Positions 1-8,750 of a stretch of 32,000 bases of DNA are shown here, one piece after another. Both the position numbers and the translations under genes were made by a program. The notes beneath the pieces are model-generated. The model did not search any database. It had not been told where the DNA came from and saw only the letters and a program-made list of their open reading frames with translations. Within the stretch, counting starts at the first letter, position 1, and each line of letters starts with the position of its first letter. The DNA is taken from the NCBI GenBank assembly GCA_964481045.1, contig CAYZSG010000008.1, positions 18,956-50,955 of the forward strand. The letters run 5' to 3'. This DNA is from an uncultured Candidatus Odyssella sp. (GTDB taxonomy: Bacteria; Pseudomonadota; Alphaproteobacteria; Bin65).

Positions 1-488
1 TCGCCCTTGGGCGCGACCTTGCCTTCCCACGTCATTTCGCGGCCCGACTTCGCGTCGCGCAGCGTGAGCGTGTCGGCGGTAAGGTTCACGACGTCGAGAT
101 CGACGCCGGGCAGCGAAATGCGGTCGCCGTCGGCGATGGTCCAGCGTTCGGCGAAGCGCGCGTCGTAGCGCGTGGTGGTGAGCAGCACGCGCTTGTTCTG
201 CGACTTGTTGCCGAAGAACCACTGCCCGCCGCGATTGACGACGAGCAGGTGCTCGGCCGCGGCGCTTTTTGCGCCGCTGCGCTGGCCGAGCTCGAGATAG
301 CCGAGAACCCTGGGTCCATCGCTCGCCTTCACCGTGACAGGGCCGGCCATTTTGCCGGGCGGGGCGTTCTGAAAGACCATCCAGGTGAGCCAGCCCCACG
401 CGATCAGCGCGGCGTAGGCGACGATCGCCGGGCCCAGCGTGGCGAGGAATCCGCCCACCGCCGCCCAGCCGGCGCCACTCGGCCGCAT
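1..488 (-). CDS. Hypothetical membrane-anchored protein, N-terminal part only (gene runs off the left edge)
   Basis: Absent from the ORF track because it has no stop inside the window. My own reverse-strand translation from the ATG at 488..486 reads MRPSGAGWAAVGGFLATLGPAIVAYAALIAWGWLTWMVFQNAPPGKMAGPVTVKASDGPRVLGYLELGQRSG...LTLRDAKSGREMTWEGKVAPKG, with no stop down to position 1. There is one hydrophobic helix near the N-terminus. It is on the same strand as the PBP gene and 67 nt downstream of its stop. An alternative in-frame GTG start lies at 518..516, preceded by GGGGA, and an in-frame TGA at 533..531 bounds the ORF. Confidence 0.55.
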   Translation of the reverse strand, partial: MRPSGAGWAAVGGFLATLGPAIVAYAALIAWGWLTWMVFQNAPPGKMAGPVTVKASDGPRVLGYLELGQRSGAKSAAAEHLLVVNRGGQWFFGNKSQNKRVLLTTTRYDARFAERWTIADGDRISLPGVDLDVVNLTADTLTLRDAKSGREMTWEGKVAPKG

Positions 489-555
489 CCCCGCCGTCGC
501 CGCCCGCCCGTTATGCACGTTCGATCCCCATCATCGTGGTCGGGTCCCGGCTGTA

Positions 556-3486
556 TCAGTTGCGCGGCGGCGGGCGGTCGAGATCTTCGTCGGTTCCCTC
601 GGGCGCGTCCGGCTGCGGTTTCGGATCGTCCTCGCCCGGATTGGCGCGGAGGTCGGGCTTCTCCATCGTCTCGAGCGACATCATGATGTCGCGCACGATG
701 GCGCCGCAGACCGCGCCGCCGAAGCGCGGACCGCCGAACGCATGGTCGAGGTGGCTCACCATGCAGGCGACGGCGAAGCGGCGCCCGCCGGCCTGGAGCG
801 GCTCCTTCCAGCCGGTGAACCAGCCCGAGTTGTAGCCGCCGCCCTTCTTGGGGTCGGCCGTGCCGGTCTTGCCGTAGGCGCGGCACCAGATCGGCTTCAC
901 GCCGTTCTTGGCGTTGGCCTGGCGGATCGCGGCGACGCGCTTGCCGATGTCGCCGCTCTTCGCCTTCGCGTATTCCTCGCCGAGGATCATCACCGGCTCT
1001 TGCGCGAAGACGCCGGAGGCCGTGGCGCCGGGCGCTTCCGTCACCGCCTTCATGCCGAGACGGATCGCGGCCAAGAGATCGGCGCGGATATTGATGTTGT
1101 CGCTCTCACCCGGCGGCGTTTTCGGCGGGCCGAGCCGCTCGCGGCCCCAGCCGGCGATGATGTAGGGCCGCACGCGCGCGCCCTTGGCGATCGTGGCCGA
1201 GCCGAGCGCCACGTGCATCGTCGAGACCGACCACGCCTGGCCGATGCCGTTCAGCGCGATGCGATGCATGTAGTCGGGCAGATAGGCCGAGGGCGGGTTG
1301 TCGCGCATCAGGTTGACGTTGCTCGTGATCGCGGTCAGCGGCGGCCGCACGAACAGCTTGTCGAACGTGAATTTCCCCTTGATGCGCAGCAGCGGCTGCG
1401 CGTCGCCGAGGTTGGCGGCGAGATTGATCGGCTCTTCCCAATCGATGCCGATCTGCTTCATGCGCACCATCATGCGCGTGGGCGGAAGCGTCTTGATATC
1501 GGTGGTCACGCGCCCGGCGCGGTTCTTGGGCAGCGAATCGAGCCACTGCCGCACGTGGCGCTCCTCGAGCAGCATCGCCATGCGCGCGAAGAAGACGTTG
1601 AACGAATGCTTGAGCGCCAGCGGCACGTTGAGCGTCGTCGCGTTCACGCCCTGGCCGGTGTCGGTGCAGATGGGGTTGCGCAGCGGCCCGCTGGTGTGCG
1701 TGGCGGCGCCGCCGATGTTGCTGATCGAGCGCGTCGTCGAACCCGGAATCATCACCGTCGTGGCGCCCATCGCAATGCCAAGCCTGCGTGCCCAAGTGCC
1801 GGGATCCATGCCGAGCAACATCTGCCCGAGCGCTTCGTCCGGGCGTCCCGCGGCATCGGAGGCCTCGAGCGCGGTCGTCAGCGCCGTGATCGTCTTCCAG
1901 GTCGAACCCGGCGTGTTGTCGATCGTCAGCAATTGCCACGACGCGATCATCGTCGGGTCCTTGGTGGGGTTCGTGATCTGGTAGGAGACGTAATCCCACG
2001 GCCGCGCGCCGAGCGGCACGAGCGGCCAGCTGCCGATCGCGACCACGGCGCCGGTATCGACGTCGAGCACGGTGATCGAGGCGCGGCGCTCGTGGAAGAA
2101 GCGGCCCTGACCCCCGCGCCCGCCGCGATTGCCGTCGATGATGCGCGTCAGGTGATGCGTGAGCGTCGATTGCACGACGCGCTGGGCGCGGCTGTCGATC
2201 GTGAGCGTCACCTCGGTGTTGCCGCCGGGCAGTTTGCTGCCGCTCAGCAGGCCGATGATGCTCATCGAATCGGCGCGGCTGTAGCCGAGCAAGCTGATGA
2301 GGCCCATCTCGTTCGCGGCCTGGGTCGGCGTGCCCTTGCCGTTGGGGTCGGTGAGAGCCACGCCGTCGGCGGTACGCACGACGAACAGCTTGTCGGCGCG
2401 CGATGACGTGGGCGTCGCGCGCGCCACCGGGCGCCAGTTGTAGCTCCACTCGATCGTTCCGGTCGTGATGACTCCGGGATCCTTGTCCTTGCCGCGCAGG
2501 CCCTTCTTGCGCTTCGGGCGCTGGCGCGGCCGGCCGGCGAGATCCTCGCCGGACATGCTGATCGCGAGGCCGAACACGCTCGGCGAGCAGTTGGCCGCCG
2601 GCTCGACCGTGATGTCGAGCGGCGTGTTCTCGCGCACGTTCAGCGTGATGACCGCGGCCTCGGCCACGGTCTTGCACGCCCATTTCAACTCGCCCTTCTC
2701 GGTGAAGAAGTCGTAGGTGCGGCGCTCGACGCGCGCGCCGGGCGGCAGCTTGACGGGCCGGCCGATGATCTGGACGTGCAGCGGACCCGAATAGGAGCCG
2801 GTGTTGGTCGAGAAGACGAGCCGCTCGTTCTCGCGTGCGCCCGCCACGGCGACCCAATCGCTCATCCCTTTCGGGATCTGGTCCTTGTTGACGAAGCCGA
2901 AGCTCTCGGGAACGAGATTGGTGAGCGGCTTCGGAATGCCGCCTTCGCTCGCGGCCTTCCACACCACCTTGTTGGCCGCCTCCTGCGATACCGCGCGGTC
3001 GTCGCGCACCGCCGCCATGCGGCGCGTTCCGTTCCAGAGGTTCACCTGCGTCCGAACGATCGTGCCGGCCGCCGAATCGTAGAGCGCCTTCAGCAGCGTT
3101 TCCTGCTCGCCTTCGCTGATGCCCTCTTCCTCCTCGTCCTTGTTCTTGCCGTTGGCGCGCTTGATCAGCACGTAGTCGGGCGGCGCCATGTCGAGGCCGC
3201 TGTCGGACTCGCGCGGGACGATGAGGTTGGCGCGGACGAGATTGATGAACAGCGTCGAATCTTCGTAGCTCTGGAGCGCCGCTTCGGCGTCTCCGGCCTT
3301 GTTCTGGTAGCGGCCGTTGAGGTCGCCGAGGCGCCAGTAGATCAGCGCGAACAGGGCCGCGGCGACGCCGAGATAGGCGGCCATGCCGAGGAAACGCAGG
3401 CCGTAGCCGAGCGCGGCGCGATAGGGGTTGCCCTTTTTCTTCCGCGCGCCGCGATCGGGCGCCTTGGCCGGCTTCTTCATCGCCAT
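556..3486 (-). CDS. Penicillin-binding protein, class-B-like transpeptidase with a long N-terminal extension
   Basis: Part of ORF 556..3525. All three transpeptidase motifs are present in order: SxxK (PGSTWKTITALT), SxN (LKHSFNVFF) and KTG (YGKTGTADP). It has a basic cytoplasmic tail and one TM helix (LRFLGMAAYLGVAAALFALIYW). I prefer the ATG at 3486 (MAMKKPAK), which has GGAGG 9 nt upstream, over the TTG at 3525 used by the track. Confidence 0.85.
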   Translation of the reverse strand: MAMKKPAKAPDRGARKKKGNPYRAALGYGLRFLGMAAYLGVAAALFALIYWRLGDLNGRYQNKAGDAEAALQSYEDSTLFINLVRANLIVPRESDSGLDMAPPDYVLIKRANGKNKDEEEEGISEGEQETLLKALYDSAAGTIVRTQVNLWNGTRRMAAVRDDRAVSQEAANKVVWKAASEGGIPKPLTNLVPESFGFVNKDQIPKGMSDWVAVAGARENERLVFSTNTGSYSGPLHVQIIGRPVKLPPGARVERRTYDFFTEKGELKWACKTVAEAAVITLNVRENTPLDITVEPAANCSPSVFGLAISMSGEDLAGRPRQRPKRKKGLRGKDKDPGVITTGTIEWSYNWRPVARATPTSSRADKLFVVRTADGVALTDPNGKGTPTQAANEMGLISLLGYSRADSMSIIGLLSGSKLPGGNTEVTLTIDSRAQRVVQSTLTHHLTRIIDGNRGGRGGQGRFFHERRASITVLDVDTGAVVAIGSWPLVPLGARPWDYVSYQITNPTKDPTMIASWQLLTIDNTPGSTWKTITALTTALEASDAAGRPDEALGQMLLGMDPGTWARRLGIAMGATTVMIPGSTTRSISNIGGAATHTSGPLRNPICTDTGQGVNATTLNVPLALKHSFNVFFARMAMLLEERHVRQWLDSLPKNRAGRVTTDIKTLPPTRMMVRMKQIGIDWEEPINLAANLGDAQPLLRIKGKFTFDKLFVRPPLTAITSNVNLMRDNPPSAYLPDYMHRIALNGIGQAWSVSTMHVALGSATIAKGARVRPYIIAGWGRERLGPPKTPPGESDNINIRADLLAAIRLGMKAVTEAPGATASGVFAQEPVMILGEEYAKAKSGDIGKRVAAIRQANAKNGVKPIWCRAYGKTGTADPKKGGGYNSGWFTGWKEPLQAGGRRFAVACMVSHLDHAFGGPRFGGAVCGAIVRDIMMSLETMEKPDLRANPGEDDPKPQPDAPEGTDEDLDRPPPRN

Positions 3487-3596
3487 TCCCGGAATCCTCC
3501 GCTGCGGCGGGGCCGCCGCCTTCAAGAGCGCCTACAATACCGCAGGCCGGCGGCGACAAGAAGGCGCTAACGCGGTGTTCGGTCTATGGGAAGTGC

Positions 3597-5549
3597 CTAG
3601 CGCGCCATGCCCGGCTCGCGCGCGCGGGCGCGCATGACCGTGGCGTCGCGCGAGGACATGGCCTGGAGCTTCTCCTGGTGGAAGCGCAGCAGGTAACTGC
3701 CGACGATGAACAGCTCGTCCGGGCTCATCAGCACGCTGCCGCGGTCTCCCGGCGAGAGCGTCTTGAGCAGCTTGCCTTCGGCGTTGAGCACGTAGATCGG
3801 CATCTTGCCGTCAGCCATCGCGATGTCGAGCTTGTTGCCGACGAGGCGCAGCGCGACGTGCCGGCGCGAGAGGTTGAGCGCGTTGAGCTTGGCGCCCTTG
3901 GGTCCCTGCCCGTCGGCCCAGCGCAGCGATTCGGGATGATCGAGGAGTTCCATCGGCAGGTCGGGCTGGGCACCTTCGGCCGCCGAATCGCTGCGGCCCA
4001 GCAGGAACACCGTTGTGCTGAGCGGCAGGGTCTGCTCCTGCCGCAGCAGCAGGAGGCCGTGATAGGCCTCGGGCACCGGCGTTGCCAGCAGCTCGAGATA
4101 CTTGCCCGAGCCGGTGTCGAGCGAGCTCGGCATGTGGCGCACCGGGCTGAAATCCGACTGGCCCGGCAGGCGATAGAGGAGATGCTGGCTGTCGGCCCGC
4201 GCCGAAAGCGCGAGGCACCGGCGCGTATCCACCGTGTCCTTGTCGGCGCGGCGCACCGGGCGGCCGATGCGGTCGAACCAGACCGTCCATTGCTCGAGGC
4301 CGCCCAGGCGCCGCGCGCCGTCGATGCGCAGCAGCGCGCAGCCCGAGAGCTTGACCGAGAAGCGCTGCGAGATGGGCGCCTGCGCCCCGGACGCCGCCTC
4401 TTCGCCGCCGGGAGCCACCGTGGCGGGCGGCGGCGCCTCCTCGGCCGGCTTGGGGCTGCCGAAGAAACGGCCGAGGCCGGTGCCCCGCGGCGCGGGCTCG
4501 GCCGGCTTGGGTTGCGCCATGCGGTCGGCGAGGCGGCTGCCGGGCTTGGGCGCGGGCGGCGCGGGCGGCGGCGCCTTGGCCTTGGGCGCCGGAGGCGGCG
4601 CCGGCGGCGGCTTGGGCGGCGGCGGCGGCGGCAGGTTGAACGCGCGCCGCGTCGCCGGCTCGGAGACGAACTTCACCTCGACGACGAGCGTGTCCTCGCC
4701 GTTCTCGGCGCCGCGCGTATCTTTCAACACCCATTGGAACGACTCGCCGTCGCGCTTCGGCGTCACCTGCTCGGCGACGCGCACATGCTCGTTGTCGGAA
4801 TAGACCCGCTCGGCATCGGCGGACGAGAGGTTCAGCGAAACATTGCCCTCGCGCTGCGCGAACCAGAGCGGCGCGCGCACCGGGCCCGACGCGTCCGGCG
4901 TGATCAGGATCGAGCCCTGGCCGGCATAGACGCCGATCGGGCGCTTCACCTGCGCGCCGCCCTTCCAGAACGACCATTCCTCGAACTTGACCTGGTCGGC
5001 GTCCTTGGCGCGCTTCAGCGCGATCGTGCCGAGCATCTCGTCGTCCGGCCCCGGCACGTAGACGCCGAAGCCGAACTGGAAGACGACCGAGTTGGGGTCG
5101 ATCGCCGCGTCGGGCATGATCGTGTACATCGGCTCGCGGTCGGCCGGCAGCGAGCGGCGGAACTTCGAGGTGTGGAGCTGCGCGAGGTTCGATGCCAGCG
5201 CCTCGAGGCGCTGGCCGCGGCGCTTGGCATCCGCCCGCCATTTGGCCTCGGGGATCCACACCACGACGTCGGTGAACACCGGCGTCGTCTCGCGGAAGCG
5301 CCCCTCCGCGTCGCGGACATGCTTGATGTCGCGGCAGCCGTCGAGCGCCGCCTGGAGGCGGAAATCGCCGTCGCCGGTCCGCTGCTCCGCGATCTTCGGA
5401 TTGCCGCCATAGCGCCGGTCCCAGAGCGGGTCGGGATCGAACGGGTCTTCCACGTTGACCAGGGTCAGCGTGAAGACGCCGAGGTTCTCCCCGGCTTCAC
5501 GGTATTCCTCGATCGTCTCCTTGGACTTGTGCTTGAAGAGGCCGAACAT
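3597..5549 (-). CDS. Cytoplasmic protein with an unknown N-terminal domain, a Pro/Ala-rich linker and a C-terminal FHA-like domain
   Basis: 650-aa ORF with no TM segment. Residues ~306-336 read PPPPPPKPPPAPPPAPKAKAPPPAPPAPKPG. The C-terminal ~115 aa (FLLGRSD...LNLSRRHVALRLVGNKLDIAMADGKMPIYVLNAEGKLLKTLSPGDRGSVLMSPDELFIVGSYLLRF) follow the FHA pattern G-R ... S-R-x-H ... G-D ... F. The canonical S-x-N-G is not obvious. It lies directly upstream of the PBP gene on the same strand. Confidence 0.6.
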   Translation of the reverse strand: MFGLFKHKSKETIEEYREAGENLGVFTLTLVNVEDPFDPDPLWDRRYGGNPKIAEQRTGDGDFRLQAALDGCRDIKHVRDAEGRFRETTPVFTDVVVWIPEAKWRADAKRRGQRLEALASNLAQLHTSKFRRSLPADREPMYTIMPDAAIDPNSVVFQFGFGVYVPGPDDEMLGTIALKRAKDADQVKFEEWSFWKGGAQVKRPIGVYAGQGSILITPDASGPVRAPLWFAQREGNVSLNLSSADAERVYSDNEHVRVAEQVTPKRDGESFQWVLKDTRGAENGEDTLVVEVKFVSEPATRRAFNLPPPPPPKPPPAPPPAPKAKAPPPAPPAPKPGSRLADRMAQPKPAEPAPRGTGLGRFFGSPKPAEEAPPPATVAPGGEEAASGAQAPISQRFSVKLSGCALLRIDGARRLGGLEQWTVWFDRIGRPVRRADKDTVDTRRCLALSARADSQHLLYRLPGQSDFSPVRHMPSSLDTGSGKYLELLATPVPEAYHGLLLLRQEQTLPLSTTVFLLGRSDSAAEGAQPDLPMELLDHPESLRWADGQGPKGAKLNALNLSRRHVALRLVGNKLDIAMADGKMPIYVLNAEGKLLKTLSPGDRGSVLMSPDELFIVGSYLLRFHQEKLQAMSSRDATVMRARAREPGMAR

Positions 5550-5726
5550 CGGCCGGAAATTAACCGGTGAAGGAAGGCTTTGCTAGGACTTCGAAAGCGC
5601 CGGTTTTACGAATGGTGTCGGTCGAGGTTCCGCCTGGCCGTGCCGCGATGGGCCATGCTTGGCAAGGCGCGGCGCGATCTATAGGCATCGGGGCAAGCCG
5701 CTGGTGAGCCGGCATTGGGAGGAACG

Positions 5727-6881
5727 ATGACGACGCGCGACCCTGCTTTCGTGACCGACGAGCACCGCATGCTGCGCGACCAGGCGCGGCGGTTCGTCGA
5801 AGAAGAAATTCGCCCACACGGCGACGCCTGGGAGAAGCAGGGCCACGTGCCGCGCGAGGTCTATCGCAAGATGGGGTCGCTCGGCTTCTTCGGGCTGCGC
5901 TATCCCGAGAAATACGGCGGCAGCGCGCTCGACGCGGTCGCCTCGGTCGTGCTGTGGGAAGAGCTGGCGAAGAGCGGCTACGCCGGCGTCGGCGTCGGCG
6001 CGTCCGTGCACGCCGAGATGGCTTCGCCGCACCTCGCGCGCTACGGCACCGAGGCGCAGAAGGACCGGCTCATGCCCAAGATCGTCTCGGGCGAGGTGAT
6101 CACCGCCGTCGCCGTCACCGAGCCCGACGGCGGCTCCGACGTGGCGGCGCTCAAGACCCGCGCGCGGCGCAAGGGCAACGACAAGTGGGTGCTGAACGGC
6201 TCCAAGATGTTCATCACCAACGGCGTGCTCGCCGATGTCTATTTCGTGGCGGCGCGTACCGACCCCGAGGCCAAGGGCTCGCGCGGCATCTCGATGTTCA
6301 TCGTCGAGAAGGGCGCGCCGGGCTTCAAGGTGGCCAAGCAGCTCGACAAGCTCGGCTGGCGCTCGTCGGACACGGCCGAGCTCGTGTTCGAGGATTGCGA
6401 GATTCCGGCGGAGAACCTGCTCGGCGAGGAGAACAAGGGCTTCTACTCGATCATGAGCAACTTCCAGAACGAGCGGCTCGTGGCCGGCGCCGGCGCGGCG
6501 GGCGAATCCGCGCGCGCGATCGAGATCACGCTCGACTGGGTGAAGCAGCGCAAGGCCTTCGGCGGCGTGCTGTGGGACAAGCAGGTCGTGCGCCACAAGC
6601 TCTCGACGCTCGCGATGAAGCTCGAGGCCGGCCGCGCGCTCGTCTATCACACCGCCTATCTCGACGCGCAGGGCATCGACTGCGTGAAGGAAGTCTCGAT
6701 GGTGAAGGCCTATATGGGCGAGTTCGTGAACGAGTGCATGTATGTCTGCGGCCAGCTCCACGGCGGCATGGCCTTCATGCGCGAGAGCGCCATTGAGCGC
6801 ATGTACCGCGACGCGCGCGTCCAATCCATCGGCGGCGGCGCGACCGACGTGATGCTCGAAGAGGTGGCGAAGCGGATGTAG
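5727..6881 (+). CDS. Acyl-CoA dehydrogenase family protein
   Basis: Part of ORF 5715..6881. The layout is typical of acyl-CoA dehydrogenases: EEIRPHGDAWEKQGHVPREVYRKMGSLGFFGL, VTEPDGGSDVAALKTRA and a C-terminal IGGGATDVMLEEVAKRM. The ATG at 5727 (MTTRD) follows GGGAGG by about 5 nt and is more likely than the TTG at 5715. Confidence 0.9.
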   Translation: MTTRDPAFVTDEHRMLRDQARRFVEEEIRPHGDAWEKQGHVPREVYRKMGSLGFFGLRYPEKYGGSALDAVASVVLWEELAKSGYAGVGVGASVHAEMASPHLARYGTEAQKDRLMPKIVSGEVITAVAVTEPDGGSDVAALKTRARRKGNDKWVLNGSKMFITNGVLADVYFVAARTDPEAKGSRGISMFIVEKGAPGFKVAKQLDKLGWRSSDTAELVFEDCEIPAENLLGEENKGFYSIMSNFQNERLVAGAGAAGESARAIEITLDWVKQRKAFGGVLWDKQVVRHKLSTLAMKLEAGRALVYHTAYLDAQGIDCVKEVSMVKAYMGEFVNECMYVCGQLHGGMAFMRESAIERMYRDARVQSIGGGATDVMLEEVAKRM

Positions 6882-6884
6882 CTG

Positions 6885-8138
6885 CTACGCCACCGACCAC
6901 TCCGCGCGCACCGCATCGTCGGCCTCGCGCGGGGCGTGCGCGGCGGCGAGCGCGGCGAAGGCTTCGCGCGGCAATAGGCACGTGAGGGCCCAGATCGCGG
7001 CACCGCGCACGAGCGGCGAGGCATCGCGCAAGAGGCGCTCGGCTTCGGCGGCGAGCGCACGGTCGCCGGAATTGCCGATCGCGATGAGAATGTTGCGCAC
7101 GAAGCGGTCGCGGCCGATGCGCTTGATCGGCGAAGCGCTGAACACCTTGCGGAACCCGTCGTCGTCGAGCGCCACGTAGTCGATGAGCTTCGGGCGCGTG
7201 AGCTCGAGCCGCGGGATGAACGCGTAATCCTTCGTCGCCTGCGCGAACTTGTTCCATGGGCATACGGCGAGGCAATCGTCGCAGCCATAGACGCGGTTGC
7301 CGATCGCGGCGCGGAACTCGCGCGGAATGTGCCCCTTGTGCTCGATCGTGAGATACGAGATGCAGCGCCGCGAATCGAGCTGATACGGCGCCGGAAACGC
7401 CTCGGTCGGGCACACTTCGAGGCAGCGTCCGCACGTGCCGCAGTGATCCGCTTCAGGCGCATCGGGCGCGATTTCGAGCGTCGTCAGGATCGCCGCGAGG
7501 AACAACCACGAGCCGAATTCGCGCGAGACGAGATTGGTGTGCTTGCCCTGCCAGCCGATGCCGGCGCGCTCGGCGAGCGGCTTTTCCATCAGCGGCGCCG
7601 TATCGACGAACACCTTCACGTCGCCGCCGTGGCGCTCGGCGATCCAGCGCGCCAGCGCTTTCAGGCGCTTCTTGATCGTGTCGTGATAGTCCGCGTTGCG
7701 CGCATAGACGGAGACGTTCGCGCGCTCGCGCCGCTCGATGAGATCGAGCGCCGGATCGGCCGGGCCGTAATTGACGCCGAGCATGATCGCGGATTTCGCG
7801 GCCGGCCACATCGCGGCGGGCGTGTCGCGCCTTGCCGCCGTCGTCGCCATCCAGTCCATCTCGCCGTGGTAGCCGCGCGCGAGGTACTCGCCGAGCCGGG
7901 CCGCGATCTCGGGCGGCAGTGCCGCGGCCGTGAAGCCGATCGAATCGAAGCCGAGTTCATGCGCCTTTGCGATGATCGCGTCCTTGTTCGATGCTTCTTT
8001 CTGTCGTTCCCGCGAATCCGGGGATCCATCGCTCGCGCCGGCCATCTTGCCGGCCGGCATGGCGCCCGCGTCCGCATGGGCTGCCGCTTTCGCCGGAGCG
8101 ACAGGGCCCTTTTGCCGCGCGGGAATCGACGTTCGCAT
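6885..8138 (-). CDS. queG: tRNA epoxyqueuosine(34) reductase QueG
   Basis: Two 4Fe-4S ferredoxin-type motifs (CGTCGRCLEVCPTEAF, CDDCLAVCPWNKF) and a HEAT-like C-terminus (GNSGDRALAAEAERLLRDASPLVRGAAIWAL). The ATG at 8138..8136 overlaps the queF stop (TGATG). The first ~50 aa are low complexity, so a later start (MPAGKMAG) is possible. Confidence 0.85.
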   Translation of the reverse strand: MRTSIPARQKGPVAPAKAAAHADAGAMPAGKMAGASDGSPDSRERQKEASNKDAIIAKAHELGFDSIGFTAAALPPEIAARLGEYLARGYHGEMDWMATTAARRDTPAAMWPAAKSAIMLGVNYGPADPALDLIERRERANVSVYARNADYHDTIKKRLKALARWIAERHGGDVKVFVDTAPLMEKPLAERAGIGWQGKHTNLVSREFGSWLFLAAILTTLEIAPDAPEADHCGTCGRCLEVCPTEAFPAPYQLDSRRCISYLTIEHKGHIPREFRAAIGNRVYGCDDCLAVCPWNKFAQATKDYAFIPRLELTRPKLIDYVALDDDGFRKVFSASPIKRIGRDRFVRNILIAIGNSGDRALAAEAERLLRDASPLVRGAAIWALTCLLPREAFAALAAAHAPREADDAVRAEWSVA

Positions 8139-8647
8139 CAACCGCGACCGCGATACGGCGCCACGCCCTGATCGGGCAGCCAGAGCCCCTTGGGCGGCGG
8201 GCCGGATTGGTAGAACACGTCGATCGGCATGCCGCCGCGCGGATACCAGTAGCCGCCGATGCGCAGCCAGCGAGGCTTGAGCAAGAGCTCAAGCCTTTTG
8301 GCGATCGCCAGCGTGCAATCCTCGTGGAACGCGCCCTGATTGCGGAACGCGGAGAGATAGAGCTTCAGGCTCTTGCTCTCGACGAGCCTCGCGCGCGGCG
8401 CGTAGTCGATGACGAGATGCGCGAAATCGGGCTGGCCGGTGATCGGGCACAGCGTCGTGAATTCGGGCGCGGTGAAGCGCACGAGATAGACCGTGCCGCG
8501 GTGCGGGTTCGGCACCGTTTCGAGCGCGGCCGCGTCGGGGCTTTCCGGCAGCCGCGCCGGGCGGCCGAGCAGCGTGAGGTTCGGGCGGGATTTCTTCGGC
8601 ATTGCTGCAAACCTAAGCCTTCGCGCCGATTGCGGCCAGAGCGTCAT
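8138..8647 (-). CDS. queF: NADPH-dependent 7-cyano-7-deazaguanine (preQ0) reductase QueF, single-domain type
   Basis: Matches the QueF signature: [27 protein letters not shown]...[23 protein letters not shown]...GGMPIDVF. The ATG at 8647 has GGAG 5 nt upstream. An alternative ATG at 8602 ([13 protein letters not shown]) would give a more typical length. Confidence 0.85.
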   Translation of the reverse strand: MTLWPQSARRLRFAAMPKKSRPNLTLLGRPARLPESPDAAALETVPNPHRGTVYLVRFTAPEFTTLCPITGQPDFAHLVIDYAPRARLVESKSLKLYLSAFRNQGAFHEDCTLAIAKRLELLLKPRWLRIGGYWYPRGGMPIDVFYQSGPPPKGLWLPDQGVAPYRGRG

Positions 8648-8750
8648 TTGCGCTCCATCCGTGCGGCGTCATGCCCCCTCGCGGTCGCGGTGCGCGCGCC
8701 TTACGCAATGCCTGCAAGGGATTCGCTTCCACGCCCGTGAAGGTCGCGCC

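Noticed and set aside
439-2406. 655-aa plus-strand ORF (and 1106..3559 minus, 817 aa) overlapping the PBP gene
   Set aside because: The translations are Arg/Ala/Gly/His-rich low-complexity sequence with no motifs. The overlapping frame 556..3525 carries a complete SxxK/SxN/KTG set. These are typical shadow ORFs of very GC-rich DNA.
4410-4634. Repetitive GGC/GGCGG-rich tract, considered as a possible tandem repeat or CRISPR-like array
   Set aside because: It has no regular repeat-spacer periodicity. It is simply the reverse-strand coding sequence of the Pro/Ala-rich linker of the 650-aa protein.
3678-5570. 630-aa plus-strand ORF and a 482-aa minus-strand alternative frame over the FHA-like gene
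   Set aside because: Arg-rich nonsense-like composition (runs of RRRR and GRRG). The 3597..5549 minus frame has balanced composition and a domain-like organisation.
5659-5685. TTGGCA ... TATAGG as a sigma-70-type promoter for the acyl-CoA dehydrogenase gene
   Set aside because: The spacer is only 15 nt by my count, which is too short for confidence. I did not report it as a feature.
8493-8750. 86-codon upstream extension of the secreted-protein ORF
   Set aside because: It overlaps the 5' end of queF on the opposite strand and has no signal-peptide logic. The ATG at 8751 yields a canonical signal peptide.
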